NCBI GenBank assembly: GCA_000934665.2
Contig: JYFJ02001285.1
Coordinates: 62,001 to 84,830 of the forward strand
Length of the DNA: 22,830 bases
Direction of reading: 5' to 3'
DNA from: Catajapyx aquilonaris
Lineage: Eukaryota
Below are positions 22,139 through 22,830 of this stretch, in pieces. Both the position numbers and the translations under genes were made by a program. The notes under the pieces are model-generated. The model searched no databases, was not told the origin of the DNA, and saw only the letters and a program-made list of their open reading frames with translations. Numbering within the stretch: position 1 is the first letter of the stretch; the number at the start of each line of letters is the position of its first letter.

Positions 22139-22830
22139 TTTTTTCAGGTGTTCTCTGTATGAATTATTCATATATCTACCCTTCCAAAAAATCAAGTATG
22201 AATGAAATAGATGGGGTCTGTGGGACGTGCAGTAGTTGTGATAATATCTGGTCTGAATGGTTGAAATGTATCAGGCCAACCAGCATATATGGATTTATCT
22301 GTATGCGGGCCAAGTATAACGTTACACACACAAAAAAGGTGACTGGTCGATATTATTTTATTTCACCCCACACCACCCAAAATAATCGGATTAATAACGC
22401 AAAAGCGGGATTTAATAGCCTGATTGGCATTTCCTATGTACCAATGATGCAATCGAATCAATCGATTTTAACAGTGCGCATGAAAATCACTCGTTAAATT
22501 TTTAGGTGTGGACAAAAAAATAATAATGTTCGTATAGGGTCTTTATGAGCGGAACCTAGCTCTCCAGTAGTCTGAGCCAGTAAAAACAGGGCTCATGCCA
22601 CGAGGGTTTTACTGGCAAAGCGTTTTAAAGTCAGATGGAAAGTCTGTAACCGCAGTGTCTTGTCCGCAATTTCGTCTGGTTTACGGCACAATAGGGGGGG
22701 GAGTGTCCAGGATGAATATTTATTTTATTTTTATTTTTTTATTTTCTTTACCCCGGTGGGCTGTACATAAAGCCTTTGGGGGGAGACGTACCGACAGCAT
22801 GTTAATTACCCATAAAAAGAAAGAGAGACA

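Noticed and set aside
21527..22497. ORFs of 70-146 aa near the window end
   Set aside because: No recognisable motifs, and they overlap TIR-like sequence; probably intronic, although a downstream exon of the fourth gene cannot be excluded.
1..22830. Prokaryotic systems (CRISPR array, operon), tRNA or rRNA genes
   Set aside because: The DNA has spliceosomal introns; I saw no repeat-spacer array or structural RNA signature.

Overview
Eukaryotic, intron-containing genomic DNA (AT-rich, mostly 50-90 nt GT-AG introns; an arthropod-like invertebrate by inference). It holds a cluster of three paralogues of the ferric-chelate reductase 1 family (FRRS1/SDR2; DOMON + cytochrome b561, 'CYBDOM'). I spliced all three by hand into uninterrupted frames, and each has a different extracellular architecture. 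Gene A (+, 433-4981, 18 coding exons, 961 aa): signal peptide, Reeler, THREE tandem DOMON domains, b561. Gene B (+, 12024-17141, 11 exons, 659 aa): signal peptide, Reeler, Thr-rich stalk, one DOMON, b561. Gene C (-, 19912-17521, 9 exons, 503 aa): signal peptide, Thr-rich stalk, one DOMON, divergent b561, no Reeler. All five DOMON domains keep the Met and His heme-ligand positions and all three b561 domains keep four His, so gene A could encode a five-heme trans-membrane electron relay. A probable signal-peptide first exon of a fourth, unidentified gene lies at 21130-21235, divergent from gene C. Intergenic DNA and long introns contain degenerate MITE/transposon traces. Most short ORFs in the supplied track are exon fragments or spurious.
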